Shown here piece by piece: positions 28,462-41,577 of a stretch of DNA of 64,000 bases. The stretch is taken from positions 1 through 64,000 of the forward strand of contig ADNK01002555.1 in NCBI GenBank assembly GCA_000320545.1. The letters run 5' to 3'. The DNA comes from Bigelowiella natans CCMP2755 (lineage: Eukaryota; Protista; Cercozoa). The notes beneath the pieces are model-generated. The model was not told the DNA's origin, did no database searches, and saw only the letters and a program-made list of their open reading frames with translations. How positions within the stretch are numbered: the first letter of the stretch is position 1; the number at the start of each line of letters is the position of its first letter. The position numbers were made by a program, and so were the translations under genes.

Positions 28462-29879
28462 AACAACAACAACAACAACGAGCATATCACATCATATCGT
28501 ATTGTGTTATTGGTCAAACAACCCAAATATGTGATGTTTGGCGAGAAATTCGATGTCTCTCATAATCCTATCCTGAATGAAACGGTAAGTCCCTAGAAGA
28601 AGAAGAAGAAGAAGAACAAGAACAAGAACAAGAACAAGAAGAAGAAGAATATAGCAGAAAGCATAAACATCGTCTTATTTTTCAACCAAACGTGTAGGTA
28701 CAAACACAGGCAACCAATCATCAAAAGAGAAAAATAACAACACGCAATACATAAATATACAGCATGTGTATTGGTACGTAGTACTTTGTTGGTATTTACT
28801 AGTAGCAGTAGTAGCAGTAGTAGTAGTAGTAGTAGTAGTACTACTACTACCTCTAGGAAGCCATAGGCGACCCTTCATCTCACTTTCACTGAAAAGCTGT
28901 GCGTTGTTTGGTCTCCACATATCTGTGTAGTAAGTAGTAATAGTAGTAGTAGTATTGATATCATTAAGCAGCGGTACTGAAGAATAGGTATTATTACCTC
29001 ATCATCATCAATTTAATTAGAGAATCACCACTACAAACTCTCATCTTATCAAGTTCACATTTGTATTGTACCAGGAAACGAAATTAGCACGTTTTGCTTC
29101 TCCTCCTCCTTCTCTTCCTCCACGCATTCAGCAGCTTTAACTTGCCACTCATCGATTTCTCCTAATTTTGAATGATATTCGAAGATGCATAAATTTGGGA
29201 TGATAATGAGATTTAGAGCCCTCTGTACATTGTCGTTTTCATAATTGTATCCTTTACAAACATCATCAACAACAACAATAACAATAAGCAACAACAAAGC
29301 ACGTACCAGCTGCTTTCGATTCTATATCTCTGGACGATGGTAATGACAGTGAAAACAAAGTCATTTCCGGGGCTATAATAGGAGAAGAAGGAGGAGCACT
29401 GGTAGCAGTGCTGTTCTTGTTCTTCTTGCTACTTAACGCCATCTCCCCAACCAATGAATTAGGAGAAAGAGAAGAAGAGGAAGACGATAGGGAAACAACC
29501 TAATATGTGTGTGTATATGCTACTGTGTGTGTGTATGTATGTGTGTGTGTGTTTTCATGCCCATTGCACGCATCATATACGAGGAGGAAGATTGTGATTC
29601 ATCATGCCAGGTGCTACCACCTAGTAGTAGTAGTAGTAGTAGTAGCAGTAGTAGTAGTACCGGGTTGAGCATGATAACAAAATCTATTTTCCTAATTGTG
29701 CAAAGTCCTATGTAGGTTGGAAGTAGGGAGGGCGAGAAGTTGTCCTGCTCTAAATGTGCTACATAAGCTGGAAGAATAGACAGCATCCTCTTCCTAATGA
29801 CAACAACGATAGAGACGATATAGGATGGGGTTGATTATTATCAGGAAAAACCAACGATGTCTGTTGTCAGAATCTCTGA

Positions 29880-29918
<39 letters not shown>

Positions 29919-32900
29919 CGGCATAATAATAAGAATCAAAGATGTCTATCATCAGAACCTCTTCTCGTCATCATCAATAGATAGTATATACGTCATCAAT
30001 AGATAATATAAACAACATAATAATATATAATCTATCTATCCATTTTAAATTCCACCCACCCCCCACACATGCCGTACAATATTGACCTGTTAGCCTTTGG
30101 TAGTGTTTGAAACACAATCGATAGATTCTCAGGTAAAAGTAGAAATGTCGTGCTCTCTGCTGCTGATCCACTCCCAACCTTGCTCTGTGATGAATGATGA
30201 TCATGATGATGATGATGATTATGATAATGATGATCATCATCATGAAAGGAAAATTACATGAAATAGTAGTAGTAGTAGTAGTAGTAGATATATGCAAGCT
30301 TTGCATCAATACCATCAAGGGATTGTATGATGTCATAAAACGACTAAATCAATGAAAACACCAGCTGGCAACATCACCTTGAGAATATTGATATATGATT
30401 CTTCTGAGATCCCTCTCAAATAGCGGATGTAACGAAAAACATCGGGACAATACCTGCCAAATAAACACATTATTATCCCTCAATCAATCTCACAACGTGA
30501 GATATCTGTTAATAATAGGTTTTGCTAATATGTTTGTGTATGGGCATTATTACATGCATATAAGAACTAGTATCACTAGTATCATTGTAATTGTACACTT
30601 GGTAAATATAATTCATAACTAAATCAGCAGCAACAAGTAACACGTACTACTTACTCTATGAGCTGTAGCGATTTTGCACCAAACAGCACTCCCCCTAGCA
30701 AAATGCCTCCTCCTCCTCCTCCTCCTCCACCTCCTCCTCCTCCTTTTGAATGATCGCTACGAGTGTTAGTTCCTCCTGCCGTCGTCTCTTTCGAGTGAAA
30801 TCTTAAAGCTGTTTTCTTCACATGTCTAGAATAAGGGGGAGAACAAAATCAGTTGTCGTTGTTGAAGTTGTTGTTGATGTTGTTGTGGTAGATTTCAGAG
30901 AAAAGAGGAGTGTGTTGCCACTACATAGATAATAGTAGTAGCTGTCATTCTTTCATCATAATCTTATCCCATGTGATTTAAAAAAGGATTGATAGTATAT
31001 GTCCTTTATACTACATAGTAGGGGTGTTGTTTGCATCATATTTGTACTATGTATTACTGCTTCCCTCCTCGTCGTGTTTTTCCTCTTTCCCTCCCTCCCT
31101 CCCTCCCCGTAATCTTCTATCACAATTATTTCCCTCTCTCTATGTTGCTGACTGACTTATAACTCGATGGTGACAAAACCAACAACGGCTGGTCTCCTGT
31201 ATTTTCATTGTCTACTACTATATTTAATAGCAAACAAGGTAGGTATTGTTTAGTTCTTTGGTAATAATGATATGAATCGTGACGATTAACACCTATCACT
31301 GTTATTACATATCACCAAACAGGTTCGGTATGTTAAGAATAATTCATTCAGCAGCCATTGTATATCTGTATCTACTATGCACCATTGCTGCTGTTAGATG
31401 GTGGCTTTGCTATTTTTGACATGGGACTACTTGCCCCCCCCCTATTTCCTGCTGTCGTCATCCTCTTTGATTTAACTATTGTTTTATCAGCAGAAACGTT
31501 TCCAGCCTCAATATCTTTACGCTTATTCTGAACATATATCAGATGCAGAGTATAAGCTGATTAGCAGCGGCAAATCAATCAATATTAGCACAGAGTATAT
31601 CTCATCATCATGAACATGTGAAACTACTATTATATAAAATTTAAACAAAAGCTATAAGAATATACAATATCAGAGCTCAATATTGCTACTGTGCACCGCA
31701 AAGATAATAACTCTAATGAGAAATCATTCCTACCTGGTTGTTGTCATCCTTTAGCTGCTTATGATTGGCAAGATCCTTCTTCTTCTTACTCTGCTTAATA
31801 TTCTTTTCTATTTCCACTTCTGATTGCCTTTGCATCTTGTCGCGGTTGGAGATTGCATTTTTTTCTTCTAGAGGCACGACTCCCGCTGAATAGAATAAGT
31901 ACATAATTTATATAAACGAGACGATGTTTGTATGAAGTTGTAGATGCTTCGTGTTATGTATGCTAGTACACCTGTATTCTCACAATCATCGGTTAGGAAT
32001 ATATTAACATAAACTCGGCTATGTGTTTCAGATACAATTTCAAATACATTGATGTTTAACAATGAGTTGGTTTGCCTTCAAACAGTTGCAAAAAAAGTTA
32101 ATGGCAGCTTTCTTTTGTGTTTAATATTAGTACTTATTGCTGGGGCTGATCTTCCTTCCTTTGATACTCTAGGGTACACCTGAAGAAGAACATAGTGATA
32201 TAATACGATACTACTGATGGTGATGGTGGCGATGATGATGATGCGGATATACAACATGCATGTGTGTTTACGCGCTGCTGCTGCTGCTGTCTGTCAATCT
32301 ACACAAACCTTTCTTTTAGCTTTGCTACTACCGACGAGGCTCTTAAGCAGTGCTATTATTCGATTAATCGAAATCAATCATTAATGAGAAGTAGTAAAAA
32401 AAATCATGAAGACAGGTACACGATGATCTATGTTATTGGAATGAGAATTGAAGCGTCCTTGACAGAGTAAACAAAGGGAAATGGTCATAAGGATGGAACT
32501 ATTTCGGTATCATATAGCAGCATTATCTGAACCCAGAACAATATTTGTATACCCTAGTATTAGCTTCGGAGAATGCAACAATTATCAAAGGGAGGGGGTA
32601 TTCGAATGCCGCTTTTCAACGAACATAATACCACTTCTAATGAAGTCCCATAAATCTTCCAACGTGTGTGTCGATCCCCCGCTAAGGTTGTTGCCCTTTA
32701 GCGTCCCTCCCTTCAGCAGAAGATTCTTTTCATACAAATGCAGCATATTGTTTCATCAGAGAAGTGAATATCTTGATAGCAATGAAAGGAGCAGGACGAC
32801 GGGGGGGGATACCATCTTCTGAGGGCCTCGATTTTCCTATGTAGTATTTGTTTTTGCAATTGTTGCAGTGATTATCATCGTTTAAGGTACATATTTTTAG

Positions 32901-33361
32901 ATGTTTTGTGGTTATTATTGCCTACATTTTTTCCAATCATAATTAGGATAACAATATCCATAACGACGGAATCTAGAAAATTACATATAAATAGATGTAT
33001 ACTGCACAAATATACTTCTTAAATAGCAACTAGTAAGTATGTGAACTCATACAACAGCAACAACAATAGCTACCTTCACAACATAAATTCCTTTCAATTT
33101 GTAAAAGCGACAACAAAATATTTTTACATTATAATACTTCGGCCACTAATCTAAAGTTTTCAAACCTTTTGAATCGCTCCCCCACCCACCTCAATCGGGG
33201 GTGTGGACCTCTCTACTTCTTCCACCATAGCCAAAGTACGAACGGGCACCTGTTCTTTGCTGACGAAATGTATCTTCGTTTGGTGTTTTCTTTTTTGGTG
33301 AGTATTGAAACATATATCAATAGATAGATATATGTATATTTTACATGCACGCATACACATT

Positions 33362-33400
<39 letters not shown>

Positions 33401-34141
33401 TGTATCCATATTGTCCTAACTAGCTCGTTTATTCTACAACCTGCATTTCCGCTAACAGGTCACATATTGGTTGTTTTTTGCTTTTTAGATATTTTTCGGC
33501 AATCTTGCAGTATATTATGTTCAAGCGGGGTCATTTTCCCATCCTGCATTCGTGAATAGAGAACAACAAACAGGTAAAACTTTATTTACAACAAGTGTAA
33601 GAATAGTGGCTGATTATTTTTCAAAGATTTTCCGTGTATTCTTTCTACGAATCGTAGAGTATCATAAAAATTTATCTATAGACAAATTTACATGTGATTC
33701 TATACAGTCATATGCACAAAATATACGTCTGTTGAAACTGCTACTACTTCATATTCTATACAGAAATTTTAATAATCTCTGATTAGATAACACATTCAAC
33801 AACATATACTACAACGTGTTGTTATATTTTCAAAAACATCATGAAATATTAGGCATCATCGCAGCTCCATCGCCCAACGAGAAGAACAAGATAAAGCAGA
33901 TCATGATTTCAGGGCAGCAGCAGCAGCTTCCTGGACCATATTACTCACAGCAGGAAGATGTATTGTCAGAGAAGAAGAACAAAGAATTCTCTCAGGGATA
34001 CAGCAGTAGACATATTCCTCTCAAACAGGTACTGTGGTGTATTATGTTTGATCTCTAATTAAATTGAGAACTTGAAACAGAAACTCCAGAATGCCGTGTA
34101 TTCTGTAGATTACAGTTCATAAAATATTGTTAATTCTCTCT

Positions 34142-34181
<40 letters not shown>

Positions 34182-35490
34182 CGTGTGTGTCTGTTGGTGT
34201 GTGTGTGTGTGTGTATGTATGATTAGAATCACAGCCACCATTCAAAGGAGAAATCGGTTACTACTACTACAGGTGCGTGTGTTTCTATGTATCACTACTA
34301 ATATTTTATACTATTTATAATTACAACATCACTAGTATTAGATCATACTGGTTCTTATATCGTGCAAATATTTAGAACTCTGGCTTCGCTGTTATTATTA
34401 TTGTGAATAGGAGGAAACGCTGCTACTTTATCAAATATTTCTTTTCCACTAAGAATTGACGAGGTAATATCCATGCGGAAATATATAGGACCAATACTAG
34501 TAATATTACGAGTGTGAATAAATTATAAATTGTAAATTATTGCGTATTTGAATGCCAATTTGCTATTTTATAGAAATTATTCCATCATGGCGTAATACTT
34601 GTGGTAATAAAAAACAGTTGCAGCAGTAGTATTTAACTATTCTTCTTCACTTGTTGTTTTAGCTTCGAGTTCCCACCTTTCTCTTTATTCTCATCATTTT
34701 AGGTAGCATTTACCTGCAAGATAATAGCATATGTTGTAATACTGTTTATTCAATTGATCGCCTGTGATTTTCCATGTCTTCTGTTGTATTATTCTTGAAT
34801 GTCGCTCATTATTAACGGACCACATATAAAATTATGCGTGCAACAAACACAGGAAGCCTCATATTTGGCATGACCTGCGCACAGTAAGAGGCTAATTAAT
34901 AGAATTGCTAGATTACAAATGCAAGAATTACATGTCAGTACCGATAATACATAGCTGGTTCATAAGATATGCAAAAAAAAACAAAATAATTTGAAGTAAG
35001 AAGCTGGTATCGAAGATATATTCGAAACAAAACAAATTCTACCGTAAATACCTATGCATGTTGCGAATGTATTGTGTATGTGAAAAGAATAATATACACT
35101 CCTTCTATGGTAGTAGATGCGGACTTAAATTGATCCAGCCTCTGTGCAGAAAGTTATATGGCCCGAGCAGTTTAAAGGCACAGCAGGGCTCTAAATGACT
35201 TCAGAATTCCAAAGAATATGAAGATATAATACTGTGATGGGAACATTCGTCGTCCAGTAAATGCTTTGTCTAGTTAATTTTATGAATTCTTTCATGAAGC
35301 TCTGACTAAATATTTTTCATTGATCTCGGAGTGAAAGAGTGCAAAAAGGATTTCATGAGGCAAGGGTACAGCATCACAACAACACAGGCATTACAGCACT
35401 TCTTAGATACTAGCTCATATACCCGTGTAAACATATTACATGCATGAAATCATTTAGTTGCAAGCCTCTTACTACGGCTATTTCCATCAT
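9511..35490 (-). CDS. Very large multi-exon protein: degenerate PIP-kinase (PIP5K-family) domain, long low-complexity regions, PX domain; 5' end and single-gene status uncertain
   Basis: Exons 30453-28090 give EYCPDVFRYIRYLRGISEESYINILK...SIVFQTLPKANRKRMLSILPAYVAHLEQDNFSPSLLPTYIGLCTIRKIDFVIMLNP...IQDRIMRDIEFLAKHHIFGYKLLVGI, in PIPK core motif order. Exons 14050-12775 give QIRIEKAVIDSTHHVVFYVIHV...LHKRYRDFHHFDKRL...LPNLPPKRGLTTVFQSSFDKAFVHARRKALQKYINELIRIPGICNLADFRIFF (PX). The last exon ISAAAHTYKQAFADAVIPKLR ends at TAA 9511-9513. Candidate first exon at ATG 35490 is weak. Confidence 0.7.
16217..16283. repeat. Perfect 20-bp inverted repeat with 27-nt loop (intronic hairpin)
   Basis: ttatcgtgataatactaaaa (16217-16236) is the exact reverse complement of ttttagtattatcacgataa (16264-16283). 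Confidence 0.9.
18121..18310. repeat. Compound tandem repeat caatacaaga(cat)n, 4 copies, intronic
   Basis: The anchor caatacaagac recurs four times, each followed by a (CAT)n run. It generates the spurious poly-H/I/S/M/D ORFs. Confidence 0.9.
27003..27270 (-). repeat. Coding tandem repeat (TFAQKPAITTSA + poly-T/A) x3 in a large exon of the PIPK-like gene
   Basis: gcacttgttgttattgcaggtttctgggcaaatgttg occurs three times, separated by (GTT)n/(GCT)n tracts, inside ORF 26896-28209(-). Confidence 0.9.
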
Positions 35491-35699
35491 CGAGTCATAA
35501 CAAAACTCAGATGGAACTGCACATAAATACGGGTATTTTTGCCTTTTTGGTGAATTCGTGTATGTTCTCCATTCGTGCGCAATGGATGCATGCATGTGAG
35601 TGGTGGATTGAATTGAGAAGTGCGAATAGGCAAACATGAACGCTGTGTCAGCTGCTAACGCTAATGAGAACGGGCGCAAAACCAAAATCTACGGCGCGA

Positions 35700-37300
35700 T
35701 TACAAGCATAGCGTTTTAGCTGCACAGGATTAGTAGGCGCGGCCATTCGAAACTCTTCACACAAAACCTAAGAATGGCAGCTGTGATCAATCAAGCAGTG
35801 CGTGCAGCATGACGGCATGCTACTAGTACACCATCACGTGCGAGATGAATGTTTTACAATTGTTTTTGCAAGGTTCCCAATGTGCAAATCATTGAAAGAT
35901 CAACAGCTAGCTGCTTGCAAAAGATTCTCTGAGCACCCACAAAAATGTGCAAGAAATGAAGCTGCACAATGGTGACAAATGGCACATGCACAATGCAAAC
36001 AATTTGTTGACTTTGCATGCTGCACTTTGCAGTCGCATGAATGGACACCTGTTTCAATGTGTGGATTTGAACAGAGCATGTGTTCTCATCAGGTACATGT
36101 GGTGTGCATGGGTACATGTGTTCCTTGCGCGTACACGCACGTGGACATGTGTGTCCCCACAATGATTGATGATTTGACAATTTGCAGCTAGCGATGTGCA
36201 AATGATTGAATCGATCTACACACATGCACCCTCTCGCACAGCGACGTTCGGCATTCGCATCAATCTAGCAATGATTGATCAGTCATTCGCTTGAACATCA
36301 TGGTGCTTTTAGCTTCACAACAATGCAGCGCGCACAGCTGCCAAAGAGACGTTTGTTCCACCTCTGGCAAATTGATCTGCCATGTCGCAACGCAAACCTT
36401 TTAGCGTTGCTGAGTCATTTTGTCATGTCCACTGCATGAGCTGCAGCGTCGCATGTGACAACTCAACGTGATGCATCTGAATTCATGTTTGTTCAGTGAC
36501 TACCTCACGTGCTTCAAAGCCAGAATGGCACCAGGTCAGCAGGGCACGCTAGTGGACTGGGGTTCCATTGAGCAGACTGCTGTGACTTGAAGCACATGTG
36601 AGACTGGCTAGCTGGGCACATCTAGACATGCTAGCATGGCCAAAAAATCCGGCTGCGACTCAAGAGCCAAATTCTTAGCCAAGGCATTGAACGAGGTGAA
36701 GGTGATGTCGTCATGACATCATTGAATTGACGCTGTAAAATCGCGGCGCTGCGTTTGCTGGATTGAGCATTGTGAACTTGCACAAGCATTCTTGCTCTCA
36801 CAAAGACGACTTTCCAAATTCCAGACAATGCTTTGCATGCTTGCAGACAAACAAACTTGGCATCAACAATGTCATGTGCATGCAGACTTTGACTCGATTC
36901 CACGTGATTGTGCAATTGTGCAGCTAGATGACTTCTTCCGGACGGAAAGCCGTTGTGGCACGCACGTTTCAAACACAATGTAGTTCATCAAGTGCCAATG
37001 ACGGCAGGTCTTTGCATTACGCCAAAATCAGTGACCTCGATGACAAAAATGCATTTGCATTGAGCAGACACAGAGTGCAAACTGCAAACATTGCCTGCAC
37101 TAGTGCATGCTTCGGCGGCTAATCCTGCACTCAACAACAAAGTCATCAAGCGATTGGATGAGACGATGACGTGCATGATGCACTCAGACTTGTGAATTGC
37201 AAATTATTTCAGCTGCATGATCAACATCATCAGATCCAACACGAATGCAGATCATTGTGTACAATGTTAGAATTTTCCGTCATGCATGCATTTCTCACTA
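35700..37300. other. TpA-depleted, TG/CA-rich island immediately downstream of the sulfotransferase stop
   Basis: About 21 TA in 35881-37200 versus roughly 90-100 expected. No TAT or ATA; 16 of the 21 are in CTA/TAG context. Confidence 0.9.
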
Positions 37301-37339
37301 TGCAAATTGAACATGAGTTTCAGTCCTTGTAGAATTATA

Positions 37340-38433
37340 TCATCTAACACGATTAAGTAAACTTGCTATACTGGGGGTCATATAATTTCCCAGGAAGTTG
37401 TAATCATCTTTCAAAAAATCAATCATTTTCTTCAAATCTTCCTTCGCTACCTATAGTATTAATGCCAAACATTAAAGCAGTTGCAATGATATATTGTCAA
37501 CCACTTGGGCCCCTTCACTTTACATTCAATTTTACATCATAGCGAAGAAGTCTACACTTGAATTGTCATAGAATTAATGTTTTATATAGTGGGATGTGAC
37601 TTACATGTTTACTTAGGAAGTCCTGTGCATCGGTAGGGTGTGAAATCATGGCTTGACGAGGATCCAGAATGCTCCCCCTGCAGCATTGCTTCGCATGAAA
37701 CTCCCTTTAATTTTGAAAAAACATTTTTCTCCCCGAATACATTTCAAATCCATGAGATGCTGCAGCTCCAAGATCTAAATAGCGGATGAAAGGTGCGTAC
37801 CACTTCCCTATCTCCTCTACCTGCAATGGAGACATCAACAATCCAAACAATCAATATAAAGACTAAAGACATGGAAAGTAAACTTTAAGCAACACAGTAA
37901 AGCTCGAATCTCGCCGACGTAGCACAAATAGTCATATCTTTTTCAGAACTTTACCAGAAATGGAAAATTATACTGTATATAATATTATTTTCTTCACACT
38001 AACATGACTCCTTGGGATTGAGCTCATTAGGTACTCTGAATCAGCTTTTTAATTACTTAGGGTATTTTGATACAATTCTCTACTAACCTTTAACTGGTAG
38101 TCGAACGTCATCGATCGCTCACCTCTTTTCGACTTTGCTTCTCGAAAGCAGTGTTGCCTTTGTGGCAAAAAGTGACAGGGCATGTGCCGGAAAACCTGCC
38201 CTTCCGTTAAATTAAAATCCCCTCCGTCACATTGCTCGATGTAATATCCCTTTTCGTACTTTGCTATTAGCTGAGTGAGAAAGCTTCCTATACTCACGGG
38301 GGGATGTTTTTCTTCTTCCCAACGTAATCCTAGTTGTAAGCGTATTTCAACGAAGGAGGACAAATCAACATCTACGAACAGAAACACACACAAATATATC
38401 CCCCCCCCTTTCCCCCCCCCCCCCCCCCCCTTC

Positions 38434-38469
<36 letters not shown>

Positions 38470-40207
38470 AGTCTTATATTCTTAAACTCTGTTGATTGTA
38501 CCACACACCGGCAAATTTCCTCATCATATGAGAGCAGGACTTAGTGTTTATTGATTCGGATGAAGCTCCTGTGGATATATGAAGATATTTTCTTGCAATG
38601 GGATCGCAAGCACGTCCGATTTTGTCCAAGTATGCGGATACGAATCGCTCGATAGGATCCCTAGTGAATACTACACGAGGAACATTTGGGTTGTTCAAAG
38701 CCTAATTTGCATGACATTAGTGGGTATGTTTATTACTCATAGGTGAGAGAGAGAGCGAGAGCGAGAGAGTGTATCTATATATGTGTGAGTACACAATGTG
38801 GCAAATGTATGAATGTGTGTATCTAAAACTAGGGTGTAACTAGTACACATGGCTATCGCACCTTTTTCCATAATATAAGCTCTACCACAAACACTTTTCA
38901 TTTATCATTTTATTTGTATAAAAATGACTCCCAATCCTTCACGCTCACACATAAAAGTAGCATATGTGTGTGTCGAAAGAGGCTATGCTCGAGCACACAT
39001 AGAGATGGAATGGAGCACTGTAATGGTCATTTTATGTAAAAGTAAATAACATCGAAATTTGTCCTTGTGCCTTACTTCAAGAGCACTTCCCTTAAAAGGG
39101 GAAGGATTATCGTGCCTAAAGTAATTTGTTGATAAAAAGAGTAGTAGCTAAGAGGTATTAGCGGCAAGATTCTAGATGTCTAGATGGTACCGGTGTTTAT
39201 AAGTAAATGTTCAGACTAATTTGATCATGTTTGGAAGACGTACGTGATTGCGTCATACGATTCTAATTCACTTTTTAAATCTTTTATTAACGATGAAAAA
39301 TAGAAGTTCAAAATCTCGCAGTACCAGTAATGATGAGATTGAGCCGATGGCTCTAACCCTGCAGCGTAATTACTAAAAAGCGTTTTCCAAGCAGTGCTAC
39401 CCGTCTTTTCCTGATCGAGATTGACAATGACATCTCTGTGAACGTGTATTAACGCACATTGGTACAGCACATGACACATACATTATTTAGTATTTAGACG
39501 TAGATTTTGTTTCACTTCATATGACGCATACATTATTTAGTACTTAGACGTAGATTTTGTTTCAATTCCTGCATCTTTATCTGTTAAGGATTTCGTTACA
39601 TTTACCGAAATACACATAAACATCTTGGCTCCATGCTTCGATTCCCACAAAAACACATTTCCATCTTGTATGTACGGAAAGTTAAAGTGTTGAACGTCCT
39701 ACACAGTGATTAAAAATTGAGATTGGGAATTGTAACATATCTTGAAGCACACATTTGTACTCTCATAATCACATGTCTTGATACTGATAATTGTACTCTT
39801 ACAATAACATGTGATGCACATACCGACATGCTAAATTTTAAAAGCACGTATCAAAAGTTTTTGTACATGATGCACAATTTTGTAACCTTCGATGAGAAGG
39901 GTCGTTCTTCAGTAGGATGACGATCATAGCGTTGTACGTTTGGATTGAAATTACTGACATCTTTAACAAATACACCCCCGTTAGGAATTATCGTGCTTTG
40001 CCCAATCTTGTTCCGTGACGCTTCAACTGATGAAAGGGGTTGTAGAAAGAAGAATATTAATCAGCCTTTTGATTATCTACACTTTATTTCCAAATTAAAT
40101 GAAGACCATCCGTGCCCACCTTTGATGATGTTTTCTAGGAACAAAAGAGCAAAAGAGGTTATACGAGCTGTTCGCTTTCTTGTGATACTCATGACTGAAG
40201 TCTCCAT
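37340..40207 (-). CDS. Sulfotransfer_2-family (carbohydrate) sulfotransferase, multi-exon
   Basis: 5'-PSB motif CFMCISEKTGSTAWK and 3'-PB motif VVFTRDPIERFVSAYLDK. The last exon VAKEDLKKMIDFLKDDYNFLGNY...RVR ends at TGA 37340-37342. Start ATG 40207 is tentative. Confidence 0.85.
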
Positions 40208-40447
40208 TGTAGCAAAGGGAGAGGAGTTTGGGATCTGTGTTCTCTAAAAAAAGATGAATTTCGTCACACTGCTCAGAACTGATAATGACCAAATGTATTG
40301 ATCAACAGTGTGTGTCCGCAGTTATCCATTCTCTTTCTTGATGTGCTACAAAATAAATAATACAACACCAAAATCCAACGCATTTCTATACTGCGACAAT
40401 CCATTTACGTCAGGAAGATATTTCAACTGTGAGTTTTGCACTTCACA

Positions 40448-41577
40448 ATGCCAATCCCCCCATTCTATGGAAGCATTGGCAAGGACGTAAAAGGTCATAG
40501 CAACACGTTAGTTGCATTGGTGACTGATCGTAAGCATGTCGCATCTTGTGTAGGACTTTGTTCGAGAAGAATCAATGACGAAAAAGGTCACAGTAGATTG
40601 CAACAAGCTGTTTTCACTACACACGCGTATTTAGAGCTAAATGGTTTTCATGGGATTTTTCTCATTCCATTCAGATCCAGCAAAACTTTTTGGTGCGAAA
40701 GTTTTGAAGTTTTCAACCTCTAACGGAAAGGGTGCCAGCATCCAATCGTACACAGAATTGAGAGATAAAAGTGTAGTGTCGTACCTCAAGACTAAATGTA
40801 CATCAAAGAAAATTGATTCTACTTTTTCACTCACGGTAAATACAAAGTCTGAGGTTGAAATAGCTGCTTCTTCGAAAAAACTTTACGATGGGTTGAAGGC
40901 GACTCTGACTGGAAAACTGAATACCAGATGTAGTATTTTAGACTTTCAATACAAAAGTAAAATTTATGAAGATTACGGTTTTTCGGGCCAATCCAAATTT
41001 AAATATGAGCCGCATAAGAACACAATAAAAACTCAAATTAGTGGATGTATTGGGGACAAGCGTGGAATTAGCATTGGGGCGATGATTCCACTGGCCATGA
41101 ATACCAATACCATGACACTTGCAGAGGACACATTGCAGCTTGACAATCTGTCTCTTGGTGTTGAACTGAAGCTCAAAGATGCTACCTATCATCTGCTGAC
41201 GTAAATAAATTTTCCTTTCGAAATGTGTGAATCAATCTCAATCTGCGCTAAATTACAAATGCAACCGAAAGCCTAAATCGGAGATGGAGATCGGGCTTGT
41301 GAAAATGTCTTCTAACTTTGCAGTGGGAGGCAAAGTTCGCATTCCAGCTACCGAATGTGAGAAAATAAAGAGCATTCAACTCGCACTTAAACAAAAGCTA
41401 AATGATGCTACAACCATTCATGGAACCGTTGACAGCACTGGATGTATCAAAGGAACCATTTCCAAGTCCTTTGATGCTCAAAATGCGACTGCATCTCTGA
41501 CGTTCGGTGTCAATGTGACTCAAGGCTTGAAGCTAATGCAGCCAGTCGGAATGATGATTGATTTAGGTGATGTGTAG
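40448..41577 (+). CDS. VDAC: Mitochondrial porin (VDAC); unresolved frame junction at ~41200-41271
   Basis: First exon MPIPPFYGSIGKDVK (40448-40493) matches the VDAC N-terminal helix PPxYxxIGK. Alternating beta-strand pattern (DGLKATL, NLSLGVELK, TTIHGTVDSTG). Total about 290 aa, ending at TAG 41575-41577. Confidence 0.85.

Noticed and set aside
33816-34058. Plus-strand exon-like ORF antisense to the PIPK-like gene
   Set aside because: No partner exons or motif found; strand and coding status cannot be supported.
34630-34712. In-frame TAA in an exon-like segment suggesting stop-codon reassignment
   Set aside because: All confidently rebuilt exons are stop-free under the standard code, and predicted genes end in TGA, TAA and TAG. 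The segment may not be an exon.
35700-37300. Islands as RIP-mutated or decayed transposons
   Set aside because: RIP increases TpA, the opposite of what is seen. No TIRs, TSDs, TE motifs or similarity between islands were visible, and their position tracks stop codons.
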